DNA of 41,449 bases from a virus (Duplodnaviria > Caudoviricetes). The stretch covers positions 1-41,449 of the IMG/VR virus record IMGVR_UViG_3300011444_000007; one strand, written 5' to 3'. The notes beneath the pieces are model-generated. The model was not told the origin of the DNA. It did no database searches and saw nothing but the letters and a program-made list of their open reading frames with translations. Both the position numbers and the translations under genes were made by a program. Below, piece after piece: positions 16,744 to 25,700 of the stretch (position 1 is the stretch's first letter; each line of letters starts with the position of its first letter).

Positions 16744-16803
16744 CTTGCGCTGCAAACTTTGCAAACTTTGCAAGCTTTGCAAGCTGATGCGCACGCGCCA
16801 AGG
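16744..16803. repeat. Direct repeat copy 2 (one more 9-mer unit)
   Basis: Matches 15924-15974. Confidence 0.95.
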
Positions 16804-16909
16804 AGACGCTGAAGCGTCCCACGCCACCGAGAGCTGACGCGCGTCTGGCGCGTCTGGCGCATGTTGCGCGCGTGCGCAGAACGCGCCGCTCCCGCTCCGC
16901 CTCCTGCCA

Positions 16910-18538
16910 CTACCGCTGCACCCACCTGCCCCGCTTCTGCTGCTCGGCCTGCTCGACCTCGTCGCGCTGCTCGGGGTGCATGTCGTGTGACGTGACGAGC
17001 ACAGCCGGCTTCGGCGCACCACCACCGAGCGGCAAGCTCCCGCCGAACGCGTGCGCCTCGAGCCATGCCCACGCGCCGCTGGTTGCATCGACCTGGTCGC
17101 ACAGCGCCGAGTCTGGGAATCCCTCGACCTCGTCGAGGTAGTCCTGGGTCCACTCGCCCGCGAACAGGCGCAGGCCGTCCCGCTGCTCCTGCAGTGGCTT
17201 CTGCTGGTCGAGCCCCCACCACATGCCGCCGGTGGTCGGGCACTCGCCTCGGCGCTGGTAGCCCCGTTCCAGGCACGAGGCCACCGGGTCGGCGCGGCCC
17301 TGCTTGCCCTTCTCGGTGCTGGGCTGCCGCATCTGGTGCGCCTTCTCAGGGTCGGTCATCTCGGGGCCGCCGACGCGCGGGCGCGCACCGACCACACGGA
17401 AGCCGATCGCCCGGAGCCGCTTCGACAAGGCCTCGAACTGCGCGGGCCCGCCGCTGCCGCCCTCGATCTCAAGCCCCACGATCACGCCGAACCCGTCGGC
17501 CTGCGCAGTCTGCACGATCAGGTCATCGCGCTTGCCCGGCGTCGCCTTGAAGACGCGTGCGTGCTCGAGCGCGCGCACTCCGACGCGATGCCGAGCCATC
17601 CGGACGCCTGCAGTGCGCGCCGCGTCTGGCTTCTCGCTCGCCGCCAGGTCCCACCACCGGATTCGGATGCAATCGCTCGACGACCAGGTGTCGACGCCAG
17701 GCGTGAGCAGCGGGCCGAACCACTCGGCGCGGAAGTAGTCTCCGGGGTCACGGACGCGCCAGTCGCCGTTCAACATCTGCTCGCGCACGGTCGGATGCAG
17801 GTGCATCAGGCCCTCGATGTAGCTGGCCTGGTCGATGTGCGGGTTGTCGCGGATGCGCGCCGGCACGTAGCGACCACGCAGGATCGGTCTCACGCCGTCG
17901 TGAGGGTCGCCGACGAAGCGCTTCTTCACCCAATCGTGCCCAGGGCCACCGGGGTTCGTCGCGCCCAGGCCTCGCAGCGGCAGGTTGCTGCCGGCGCGTC
18001 GACGCACACGCGTGCGCGCGACGAACGCCCACTGGCTTTCGAGCGGCAGTTCGGTCAGCTCGTCGCCGGCCACCAGCTGGAACTCGGCCGACTTGTAGCG
18101 TAGGTGGTCGAGCGAGTGCTGGATGTAGCCGAACGCCACGGTGGCGCCGCTCGGGAAGCGAAACGTGTGCGTCTCGCCTTGCCAGTGCACGCCGAGTGGT
18201 CGCCACCACGCCATCGCGCGGTCCATGATCGCGCCTGGCAGCGCCAAGTCGGCGAACGTGCGCCGGAGGATCAGCACCGAGTACTCGGGGCGATCGACGT
18301 ACTGCGCCGCGGCGGTCAGCAGACAGTCGCTTTTCCCGCCGCCCGCGGCGCCGCCATAGAGCGCTTCGAACACGCCGAATCCCGCGTCCGCTCGCAGGTG
18401 CAGGCCGAGGAACAGCTGCTGCGTCGGCGTGGGCCAGTGCGGCACGAACGGGTTGCCGACGATGCCGGGGCAGACCGACTCGAAGGCGGCGAGGAGCTTC
18501 GCGCGGGTGGCGGCTTCGCGTTCGGCTGGCTCAGGCAC
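16910..18538 (-). CDS. terL: Terminase large subunit (542 aa)
   Basis: Walker A YGGAAGGGKS, Walker B VAGDELT, ATNPGGPGHDWVKKRF, nuclease WDLAAS and DQVDATSGA. Confidence 0.96.
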   Translation of the reverse strand: MPEPAEREAATRAKLLAAFESVCPGIVGNPFVPHWPTPTQQLFLGLHLRADAGFGVFEALYGGAAGGGKSDCLLTAAAQYVDRPEYSVLILRRTFADLALPGAIMDRAMAWWRPLGVHWQGETHTFRFPSGATVAFGYIQHSLDHLRYKSAEFQLVAGDELTELPLESQWAFVARTRVRRRAGSNLPLRGLGATNPGGPGHDWVKKRFVGDPHDGVRPILRGRYVPARIRDNPHIDQASYIEGLMHLHPTVREQMLNGDWRVRDPGDYFRAEWFGPLLTPGVDTWSSSDCIRIRWWDLAASEKPDAARTAGVRMARHRVGVRALEHARVFKATPGKRDDLIVQTAQADGFGVIVGLEIEGGSGGPAQFEALSKRLRAIGFRVVGARPRVGGPEMTDPEKAHQMRQPSTEKGKQGRADPVASCLERGYQRRGECPTTGGMWWGLDQQKPLQEQRDGLRLFAGEWTQDYLDEVEGFPDSALCDQVDATSGAWAWLEAHAFGGSLPLGGGAPKPAVLVTSHDMHPEQRDEVEQAEQQKRGRWVQR

Positions 18539-18574
18539 ACCCGAGTACCAGGTTGCTTCTGCTTGACAGACCCA

Positions 18575-19168
18575 TTACACGTCACCCCGCGTCCCCGTAG
18601 CACTTCGGTCCTCTCCGCTGTCGTCCAGCACCTCGGAGGCCAACTCACCGAGCTTGCGGATGCCGGAGAGCAGGCCCTGCCTGGTCTTGCCAGTGACCGG
18701 ATCAGGGTAGTCGTCGAGCGGTGGGACGATGGGGCCGGTGGACTCGATCCGGATCGGTGGCGCGACTGCATCACCGCCCAGCGCGACCTTGGTGCCGCAC
18801 TCGGCTGGGCTGTAGCACGCGGCGCGCCGGTTCATCTGGTCGACGCGGAGCTTGCTGCGCTGCACATGCTCGGAGTCGAGCACGCGACGAGGCTGGCCGT
18901 TCTTGCCCTCGACCTCGAGGTAGTCACGGCTGCTGTCGTCGGCGATCTCCTGGCCCATCTCCATCAGGAGCGGGCCGCGTGACTTGCTCGCGCGCGCGAA
19001 CCGTGAGGCAAACGCCTGGTCCTTGTCGCACCAGTCGTAGATCGTGCGTCGATTCGGCATGCCGGGCTGCCGGCAGAACGCGAGCAACGACCCACCCTCG
19101 TAGAGCCAGTCGATGATCGCTTCGGCGATGTCATGGGGAACGGGCTCGGGTGGTCGACCGCCTGGCAT
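18575..19168 (-). CDS. terS: Terminase small subunit (Sf6 gp1-like)
   Basis: GRP...IAEAIIDWLYEGGSLLAFCRQPGMPNRRTIYDW...FASRFARA and EHVQRSKLRVD. Lies upstream of terL. Confidence 0.88.
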   Translation of the reverse strand: MPGGRPPEPVPHDIAEAIIDWLYEGGSLLAFCRQPGMPNRRTIYDWCDKDQAFASRFARASKSRGPLLMEMGQEIADDSSRDYLEVEGKNGQPRRVLDSEHVQRSKLRVDQMNRRAACYSPAECGTKVALGGDAVAPPIRIESTGPIVPPLDDYPDPVTGKTRQGLLSGIRKLGELASEVLDDSGEDRSATGTRGDV

Positions 19169-19349
19169 GGGTCGCGATCCTACCACATCATCATCCCGGC
19201 GCCGCCCGCTTCAGAGAGGGCCTTGAGGGCATCGCCGTTCGGCGGCTTGTCCGCAAGGGCGTGGATTCGTTGCAAGATGGTCTGGCTCATGTGGTTCCTT
19301 GGAATCGGTGCAGTCAATCGGTGATGGCTTCTTCGTTCGCGCGACCGCG

Positions 19350-19844
19350 CTACGACTTGCCTCCGGTCAGCTCCTCGAGTTCTTCGGGAGTCGGCCTCGG
19401 CGGCGAGTCGATGGTCAGTGGGTTGTCGACGGCGGGCCCTGCCGCCTTCTGCGGCAGCCTCTTGGCACGGATCCGGACTGCGGGCCCGATCGTGCCGTCA
19501 GGCCGGCGCACGCCCTGCTCGACGAACAGCGCGACGCGCTTCCCGAACCAGTTGACCGTGTTGTTGCGGCCCGTCTCCTCATCACCGAACAGCGCGGCCA
19601 TGGTCTTGCGGTTCGTCGCGTTCAGCCCGAGTTCCCGAACCTTGCCGATGAACTTCAACGACATGAACACGGGCTTGACGCGTCCTCCTTGGAACTTCAC
19701 GTTGCGGCGCACGAGCACGTTCTCGACCACTACCTCGGTGTCGCGGTCGTGCGGGATGTCCTCCTGCGTGAGCCAGGTGCTGTCGCGCGCGATGCCATGC
19801 GGCCCCTTGTAGATGGTGCCTTCCGGGAGTTCGTCTTGCGTCAT
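19350..19844 (-). CDS. Putative ssDNA-binding/recombination partner protein (164 aa)
   Basis: LNATN...LFG...WFGKRVAL...GPAVRIR pattern with an acidic, Pro-rich tail. Coupled to the exonuclease gene. Confidence 0.55.
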   Translation of the reverse strand: MTQDELPEGTIYKGPHGIARDSTWLTQEDIPHDRDTEVVVENVLVRRNVKFQGGRVKPVFMSLKFIGKVRELGLNATNRKTMAALFGDEETGRNNTVNWFGKRVALFVEQGVRRPDGTIGPAVRIRAKRLPQKAAGPAVDNPLTIDSPPRPTPEELEELTGGKS

Positions 19845-20701
19845 GGCAGCACCTCCTCCGCAGCTTCCAGGTCGTTGTCTTCGATGTAGACGGCCGACGC
19901 GGGCAGCTCGATCGTGCGCCACTGGTCCGGCGTCCCGGGCCACTCGCCGGATGCCTCGCACTTCGCGATCTTGCGCCGCGCAATCTCGTTGTCGAGTTCC
20001 AGGTGGTCCAGGTCGTTCTCGCGCACCTCGAGCAGCCACACCGAATGCGGCTCGTTCGGCTCGATGACGACGATTCGTCCGCGCTTGATGTCGCGGCCGT
20101 TCGCGTTCAGACCGGCGCGGTTGTGCGCGAGCTGGTTGAGCCAGCCGGACGTGTGCGCGCGGTACGTCAGCGTGTCGGCTTCCTTCTCGGCGTGGATCGA
20201 CACCTTGAGGTCGTAGACGCAGTCGGCGTCGAACCAGTCGGGCCGGCACTTGCACATGATGCCGGTGATGGGGTCGCGCCAGAACACCGAGCGTTCGGAG
20301 AATGCGCCATGCAGAGACTCGCGCGCCAGGGCCTTGTCTGCGAACGCCTGCGCGACCCCGCGGATTTGCGTCGCGGCGTCCTGCGTGATGATCTGGCGGC
20401 CACTCGCCAGCACCTCGTCGCGGACCGCCTTGTTCTCGGCGCTGCGGAACTCCATCAGGGGCGGCTTGATCCAGAACGCACGGTCGAACCACGTCGGATC
20501 CAGGATCGTGCAGTGCGCGGCCGTGCCGATGCGCGTCGCGTCCGTCTCGGACTTCTCGCGGTGTGCTCGGCGCCATAGCACCCGGGCCGGTGGGCCGATC
20601 CGCATGGTGCGCAGATCGGACGAACCGTAGCCCGGGTGATCCAGGTAGTCGTGGAACGGGATGTCGGCGTGGATGCCAGATTTGAGAAGTGCGGTGGGCA
20701 T
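19841..20701 (-). CDS. RecE/exonuclease VIII-like PD-(D/E)XK nuclease (DUF3799 type, 286 aa)
   Basis: YGSSDL, IGTAAHCTIL, SERSVFWRD, CKCRPDW, YDLK, NQLAHN and GEWPG motifs. Confidence 0.85.
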   Translation of the reverse strand: MPTALLKSGIHADIPFHDYLDHPGYGSSDLRTMRIGPPARVLWRRAHREKSETDATRIGTAAHCTILDPTWFDRAFWIKPPLMEFRSAENKAVRDEVLASGRQIITQDAATQIRGVAQAFADKALARESLHGAFSERSVFWRDPITGIMCKCRPDWFDADCVYDLKVSIHAEKEADTLTYRAHTSGWLNQLAHNRAGLNANGRDIKRGRIVVIEPNEPHSVWLLEVRENDLDHLELDNEIARRKIAKCEASGEWPGTPDQWRTIELPASAVYIEDNDLEAAEEVLP

Positions 20702-20937
20702 GTTTGGCCTTCTTAGGCTGGTAGAAGAAAGATGCGGGCCAGGAACGTCATGGGAAAAGGGGAAGAAGGAGAGTCTGACGTTTTGCGCGCCATACCGGCG
20801 CAACTGGCCCGCGGTGTGCGGTTCATTTTTGCATGTCGGCGGCTCACGCGAGGAGTTGCAACCGCTCGCGCGTCAGTTGCGTCCGCAGTTCCGGCGGCAG
20901 TACCTCGAGGAGCGACAATTCGGGCCATTTCATGCTG

Positions 20938-21369
20938 TCAGCCACTTGACACCTCCGATCGCAGCGCCACTGCGCACTCGCGCATCATCGTGGCGACCTG
21001 ATCCGCCGTGCGATCTTCGTCATCGTTCCAGACGGCGAGCGCGGCTACATGCCAACGACCGGCGGCCCGTAGCTTCGCGGCGGCTGCATCATGCAGGCGC
21101 GAGAACGCGACCGAGTACGCATCTTGGTCGGCGGAGCCGCGGAAGACGCGGCGGAGCGCACCCTCGGCGCACCAGCACACCGCAGTCGAGTCTGACGGCT
21201 TGCACTCCATCCCGCTCGCGTCCCGCGCGAGTTCGCATTGCGTCCAACCGGTCTCGACGACCTCGGCCGCGCGCATCAACGCGTCGGCGGCCGCCAGCTT
21301 GAGGTCCTCAGCCATCACGCCCTCCGCGCGCGTCGCGAGGATGGCCACGGGTGGGGGGTCGTGTTTCAT
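20938..21369 (-). CDS. Conserved phage hypothetical (DUF6197-like, 143 aa)
   Basis: GWTQ...AR...CWCAEGAL...WND...RTADQV motif. ATG overlaps the upstream stop. Confidence 0.65.
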   Translation of the reverse strand: MKHDPPPVAILATRAEGVMAEDLKLAAADALMRAAEVVETGWTQCELARDASGMECKPSDSTAVCWCAEGALRRVFRGSADQDAYSVAFSRLHDAAAAKLRAAGRWHVAALAVWNDDEDRTADQVATMMRECAVALRSEVSSG

Positions 21370-22082
21370 GGGGTTACCTTGAGGTTCGGGGCCTTCGGGG
21401 AAGTGCTTGCGCACGATGTCGGCGAGTTGCTTGTGTGTGGCGACTCCGACGGCGGCCCCGGCGGCGGCCTCGGCGGCCCCGGCGGCGGCCTCGGCGGCAT
21501 CGGCGGCGGCCTCGGCGGCCTCGGCGGCGGCCTGGCGGAGGCCCCGGCGGCCCAGGCGGCGGCCCTGGCGGCGGCCTCGGCGGCCCAGGCGGCGGCCCTG
21601 GCGGCGGCCTCGGCGGCCCTGGCGGAGGCCCCGGCGGCCCAGGCGGCGGCCCAGGCGGCGGCCCCGGCGGCCCTGGCGGAGGCCCCGGCGGCCCAGGCGG
21701 CGGCCCCGGCGGCCCTGGCGGCGGCCCTGGCGGCGGTCCACGCCGCGAGCGCCGCTCTCGCCGCCGCGGCCAGATCGCCACGACCGGCGAGTGCTTCGCA
21801 CACCTGCCTGTGCGCCGATTCGATCGCTGGCCAGTAGGTTTCCTTGCACGCCACTGGACGAGCCGCTTCCAGAGCCCTCGTCGCGAACTCGCCGACGCAC
21901 TCGTTCAGCGCGTCGCGTGACCAGCCTTCGCTACGCCCCAGCAGCCAGAGCATCCAGTCGTCCCGCTCGCAAGTTCGCCACGCGACGGCCGACGTCTTCT
22001 CGCCGGCCCACGCGACAGCATCCTCACACGCGCCGAGGAGCCGGAGCCTGCGAGCGAACGGGACGGCGGCGCGCCTAGCCAC
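21366..22082 (-). CDS. Ala-rich repeat phage protein with an apparently frameshifted internal segment
   Basis: N-terminus GACEDAVAWA...AWRTCERDDWMLWLL, then AAARAAAWAA repeats. See findings for the frameshifts. Confidence 0.7.
   Translation of the reverse strand: MARRAAVPFARRLRLLGACEDAVAWAGEKTSAVAWRTCERDDWMLWLLGRSEGWSRDALNECVGEFATRALEAARPVACKETYWPAIESAHRQVCEALAGRGDLAAAARAALAAWTAARAAARAAGAAAWAAGASARAAGAAAWAAAWAAGASARAAEAAARAAAWAAEAAARAAAWAAGASARPPPRPPRPPPMPPRPPPGPPRPPPGPPSESPHTSNSPTSCASTSPKAPNLKVTP
21451..21735. repeat. Imperfect GCC-based tandem repeat (9-12 bp units) encoding the poly-Ala tract
   Basis: Iterated ggcggcggcc, ggcggccc and cctggcgg units. Confidence 0.9.
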
Positions 22083-22356
22083 GGTTGCTCGCCTCCTCAG
22101 CCAGCTTGCGGTCCTGCTCGGTCAGGTGTGCGGCGAGCTTCGCGCGGTCATGTTCCTCGCACTCGATGCACGAGCGCACGTACCGGGCGAGCAACTCGGC
22201 CGCGATCAGGTAGTCGGCGGCGGCGCGCATGTGCCCGCCTCGCGTGGTGCAGGGGTCGTGCTGCAGGATGGCCTCGCGAAGGCCGTCGATCTGCTTGACC
22301 AGGTGATCGGCCTGGATCCGGAGCACGTTGAGTGCGATCGGCCCGGGAGTGCTCAC
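22075..22356 (-). CDS. Hypothetical protein (93 aa)
   Basis: GTGA-coupled ORF in the early operon. Confidence 0.6.
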   Translation of the reverse strand: MSTPGPIALNVLRIQADHLVKQIDGLREAILQHDPCTTRGGHMRAAADYLIAAELLARYVRSCIECEEHDRAKLAAHLTEQDRKLAEEASNRG

Positions 22357-22649
22357 GATGCACCCCCTGCATGCCCGGTCTGCTCACCCCGATCGTCGAC
22401 ACGCTGCGCTTCCCGCGCGCACGCCTCGATCCACTTCGCGTCGATCTTGACGGCTGCCGCGAGCCCCTCGGCGGTGGCGGGCAGCCCGTAGCAGTCCTGG
22501 AAGTCCTGCGCGTTCGTCAGGACGGGCGTGATGTCCGCGACGTAGTAGCCGCGCCGGATGCCCGGGCCTCCGGACTCGAACTCGAGGGACACGACGACGC
22601 GGTAGCCGTCGAGGTCGATGCGGTGGCCGGTGCGCGAGAGGGCGCTCAT
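22353..22649 (-). CDS. Hypothetical protein (98 aa)
   Basis: GGAGG RBS and ATGA overlap; MSALSRTGHRIDLDG... Confidence 0.65.
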   Translation of the reverse strand: MSALSRTGHRIDLDGYRVVVSLEFESGGPGIRRGYYVADITPVLTNAQDFQDCYGLPATAEGLAAAVKIDAKWIEACAREAQRVDDRGEQTGHAGGAS

Positions 22650-22789
22650 GACCCCACCTCCACCGTGCGCACCGTCCAATCGGTCGCCCACTCGACGACG
22701 GCCGCGAGCATCTCGGGGCCATCGCACAACTGGATGATCGACTCCGACTCCGCACCGTTGGTGTCGCGAATCTCGTAGGTCATCGTCAT
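22646..22789 (-). CDS. Hypothetical protein (47 aa)
   Basis: MTMTYEIRDTNG...; follows the 72-bp repeat and its GAGGA. Confidence 0.55.
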   Translation of the reverse strand: MTMTYEIRDTNGAESESIIQLCDGPEMLAAVVEWATDWTVRTVEVGS

Positions 22790-22855
22790 CCGTCCTCTGC
22801 GCCCGATCCGCTGGGCGCCCGCGTCCCGGTGTCCGCCGGGTCGGTGCGGCGATCC
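22784..22855 (-). repeat. 72-bp dispersed repeat copy 2
   Basis: One mismatch to 16353-16424. Confidence 0.95.
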
Positions 22856-23058
22856 GCTCGCCACATCGCCAATATCGCACGGTTCAGCGCCTTGAGGCCG
22901 GCGATCGGCTCGCCGTTCAAGATGTCGACCCCGGCCGCCGCCGCAAGGCATCTCGCGTTCTTGCTGAGCGCCCGGTGCTCATGACCATCACGAGCATCTG
23001 CCACAGAACCCGCGCTGATCGCGCGGCCGATCGCATCCTTTCGTTTCGTGTCACTCAC
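22786..23058 (-). CDS. Hypothetical protein (90 aa); its 3' end is the 72-bp repeat
   Basis: GTG start with GGAG upstream. Confidence 0.5.
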   Translation of the reverse strand: MSDTKRKDAIGRAISAGSVADARDGHEHRALSKNARCLAAAAGVDILNGEPIAGLKALNRAILAMWRADRRTDPADTGTRAPSGSGAEDG

Positions 23059-23125
23059 GTTCTCGCTCCCATTGGTTGGTTGCCCTCCGATTCGACCGCG
23101 CTGCGGGCATGGCGCGGTTGATAGT

Positions 23126-23572
23126 TCACAGTCGAATCTCCGACGGCATCCCGTCCGGCCCTCGCTCGATCAGCGGCGCGCGCGCGTGCTCCGCGATGGT
23201 CACGCGCACCTCGGCATCGCGGCGCGTCGGCACCACGCCTTCCAGGATCTCGCCAGTGATGCGCACGAACGCCGAATCGTCGATCTGCCACGCGCACGCG
23301 ATGCCGTCGAGGCCGGACTTCATGCGCGCGATCAGGTTGTCGAGGTCGTAGCGGCGTCGCTCCGGACGCACGAACACGAGCGACACGTCGAGGCGCGCGG
23401 CGGTCGGAGCCTTCACGCGCTGCTCGAGCACGGCCATGTGGCAGGTGTCGCGGTATCGCTTCTTCGCGCGGGCGTGCGGCGCCCAATGGCCATGCGGACC
23501 ATTCGGCGACAGCGCGCCGGTTGGCCACGGGAGCGTGAGCTTGATGACGAAGCCGGTCACGGCGCGGTTCAT
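23126..23572 (-). CDS. RusA-like Holliday junction resolvase (148 aa)
   Basis: LPWP..LSPN, RRRYDLDNL, KSGLDGIA and IDDS motifs. Confidence 0.85.
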   Translation of the reverse strand: MNRAVTGFVIKLTLPWPTGALSPNGPHGHWAPHARAKKRYRDTCHMAVLEQRVKAPTAARLDVSLVFVRPERRRYDLDNLIARMKSGLDGIACAWQIDDSAFVRITGEILEGVVPTRRDAEVRVTIAEHARAPLIERGPDGMPSEIRL

Positions 23573-25497
23573 TGCGGCACCCCCGGCGGCAGCCACCGCC
23601 GGCTTCCGGTGGCCGCATTGACTTGGTTCCACACCGACCTGGCCTTCTCGTGCGCCGGCTGATGCCGCAGCACGACCGCGGGCGCGCACGGCAACCACGC
23701 GTACGAGTAGAACCCGGACCGACTCCGGTCGCCCGCGAGGCTAAGGCGCTCATAGTCGACCCAGTGGCCGTCCTCTAGGACGTAGGTGTCCTGCACGACG
23801 CGCAGAGCCCCGCGCAACGCGATCGCGCGGCCTTCGACCGGGCCGACCTGCGCGCACGCGAGGTCGAGGCCGTAGGCCAGAACAGCCTGCTGCCACGGCA
23901 TCCAGCCCGGCACGATCGGGACGGCCGCGCTGGTCTCGACGCGCACGTCCCAGATGTCGCCCGGTGCCGCGTCGAGCCGCGGCAGGATCAGGTTGGTGCA
24001 GCGGGCGCGCCATCGGTCGACGACGCGCTGCGCCATCGCGCGGTCCTCGAGGTCACGCCAGACGTGCACCACGAAGATGCCTTCCCATCCGGTCGCGCGC
24101 GTCACGATGCCCTCGCCCGATGTCGACCAGGACGGGTCGAGCGTGCGCTGCAGAAGGTAGACCGTGCAGAGGTTCCGCAGGAGCCGCTGCGCCGCCGGCG
24201 ACCCGGTGAGCCGACACGCGGCCGCGAGCGTGTTGACCAGCAGGTGCTCGATGTCGGGGCCGTAGCGGCCGTGCGTTTCCTCGAGCGTGATGCCGCGCGG
24301 CTTGCCCAGTCGGTCGGGGCTCACGACCGCGCTGCCGTGCACGCGCCCATCCCAGAACAGCAGGCGCGGGCTGATGTGCCGGGCGGTGTCGAGCGGCGAG
24401 CCGTCGGCTTCCAGGTGGTTGCACGGGCGCTCGGACATTTTCAACGCCGACAGCCAGGTCACGAGTTCGGCGCCCTCGCCGCCGGGCAGCAGGGCCTCGC
24501 CCCGCACGAAGGTCTGGTCCTCCTGGTCGCCCGTGTCCGAAGACCGGATCGCGGGCCCCCACATCGGCACGTCCCACGTCGTGAGTCGGCGGATCGCCTC
24601 GGGGTAGCCCGCGACGAACGCGCCCAGGTTCAGGCTCGGCGAGTAGGACGGGTTGCCGTCGGCCAACAACTGCGCGATGCCGGTCCCGCATGGCTGCCAC
24701 GCTTTCGCGCACTCGATCGAGCAGAGCGCGCGCAATGCCGCGATCTCGTCCTGGCCCCACGGCCAAGACCAGTCGGCGGCCGGCAGGTGCCGGGTCCAGA
24801 CGAATGTCAGGGGCATGGCCTTCGCCTGCCCGTCCGCGAGCGCGCTGCCCGCAGCCAGCAGTTCGCCGGCCGGCCCGGTCAATGGCGTGACGATCGCGTC
24901 GCCCCAGGTCAGCACCACGGGCCCCGATGGCTCGGGCTCGACCATGTCGGGCACGGCCGGGTTCGAGCAGGTGACGAGCGACTCGCCGTGGCACACCCAC
25001 GGCTGCGAAGGGCACCACCAGATCCACAGGTCGGCGGTGAGCATACGCGTGCCAGGAACGCGCGCGCGCCAACTTGTCAGGATGTGCACGCCATCGACGC
25101 GCCACGAGACCAGCGCGATCGGCGCGCCATTGACCTGCGGCAGGCCGCCGAAGTGCGCGAGCAGGTCGTCCGGTGGCTGCGGCGCCGGCACGACGAAGGG
25201 CTGGAATGTCGCGAGGTCGAGACTGCGGCGCTCGCCAGGGCCGAGCGCGCACTCGATGTCGACGATCCAGGACGCGAGTCCGATCTGCCGTCCCAGGACG
25301 TAGCGCGCGACCGGGGTCTCGACGATCGTGCCGCCCACGGTGGCCGACGCCATCAGGCAGCCGGCGGCAGCCGGCGGGTGCTGGTCGATCGTGACGCGCG
25401 ACCATCCGGACCACGGCAGCGTCGAGAAGTGCGCGAGCCGCACGACCTGCGAGGGCAACGCGGAGGCGAACAGGAACAGGAGCGGGAACATCTTCAT
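23569..25497 (-). CDS. Secreted protein with signal peptide, probably enzymatic (642 aa)
   Basis: MKMFPLLFLFASALPSQ leader; Trp-rich; helical C-terminal half. ATGA overlaps at both ends. Confidence 0.75.
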   Translation of the reverse strand: MKMFPLLFLFASALPSQVVRLAHFSTLPWSGWSRVTIDQHPPAAAGCLMASATVGGTIVETPVARYVLGRQIGLASWIVDIECALGPGERRSLDLATFQPFVVPAPQPPDDLLAHFGGLPQVNGAPIALVSWRVDGVHILTSWRARVPGTRMLTADLWIWWCPSQPWVCHGESLVTCSNPAVPDMVEPEPSGPVVLTWGDAIVTPLTGPAGELLAAGSALADGQAKAMPLTFVWTRHLPAADWSWPWGQDEIAALRALCSIECAKAWQPCGTGIAQLLADGNPSYSPSLNLGAFVAGYPEAIRRLTTWDVPMWGPAIRSSDTGDQEDQTFVRGEALLPGGEGAELVTWLSALKMSERPCNHLEADGSPLDTARHISPRLLFWDGRVHGSAVVSPDRLGKPRGITLEETHGRYGPDIEHLLVNTLAAACRLTGSPAAQRLLRNLCTVYLLQRTLDPSWSTSGEGIVTRATGWEGIFVVHVWRDLEDRAMAQRVVDRWRARCTNLILPRLDAAPGDIWDVRVETSAAVPIVPGWMPWQQAVLAYGLDLACAQVGPVEGRAIALRGALRVVQDTYVLEDGHWVDYERLSLAGDRSRSGFYSYAWLPCAPAVVLRHQPAHEKARSVWNQVNAATGSRRWLPPGVPQ

Positions 25498-25700
25498 GGA
25501 AGTCTCCATCGTTGGGCCTGGCGGCCGCTCGGGGTGGTGCCGAAACTGTCCTCTACCACGATCAAGCCGTCGTCGCGCATCTGGCCGAGGCGACGGCTTA
25601 CCTGAACCGCCTGCAAGCGAGAACGCGACGCGATCTCGTGTGCCGTGAGTGCCGGTAGGCTCGACCCGAGATCGTCCGGCTGCGAGCGTGTGGTGCTCAC
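25494..25700 (-). CDS. Small winged-HTH protein (68 aa)
   Basis: LTAHEIA...QVSRRLGQMRDDGLI...SGRQAQRW. Confidence 0.7.
   Translation of the reverse strand: MSTTRSQPDDLGSSLPALTAHEIASRSRLQAVQVSRRLGQMRDDGLIVVEDSFGTTPSGRQAQRWRLP

Noticed and set aside
15924-16803. Repeats as a CRISPR array or IS ends
   Set aside because: Only two direct copies about 770 bp apart, with no regular spacers, cas genes or transposase.
21374-21781. Collagen-like GPP ORF and GGPG ORF
   Set aside because: They are alternative-frame readings of the GCC poly-Ala repeat.
16353-22855. 72-bp duplicate as DGR template/variable repeats
   Set aside because: No reverse transcriptase, only one mismatch, and not at the end of a ligand-binding gene.
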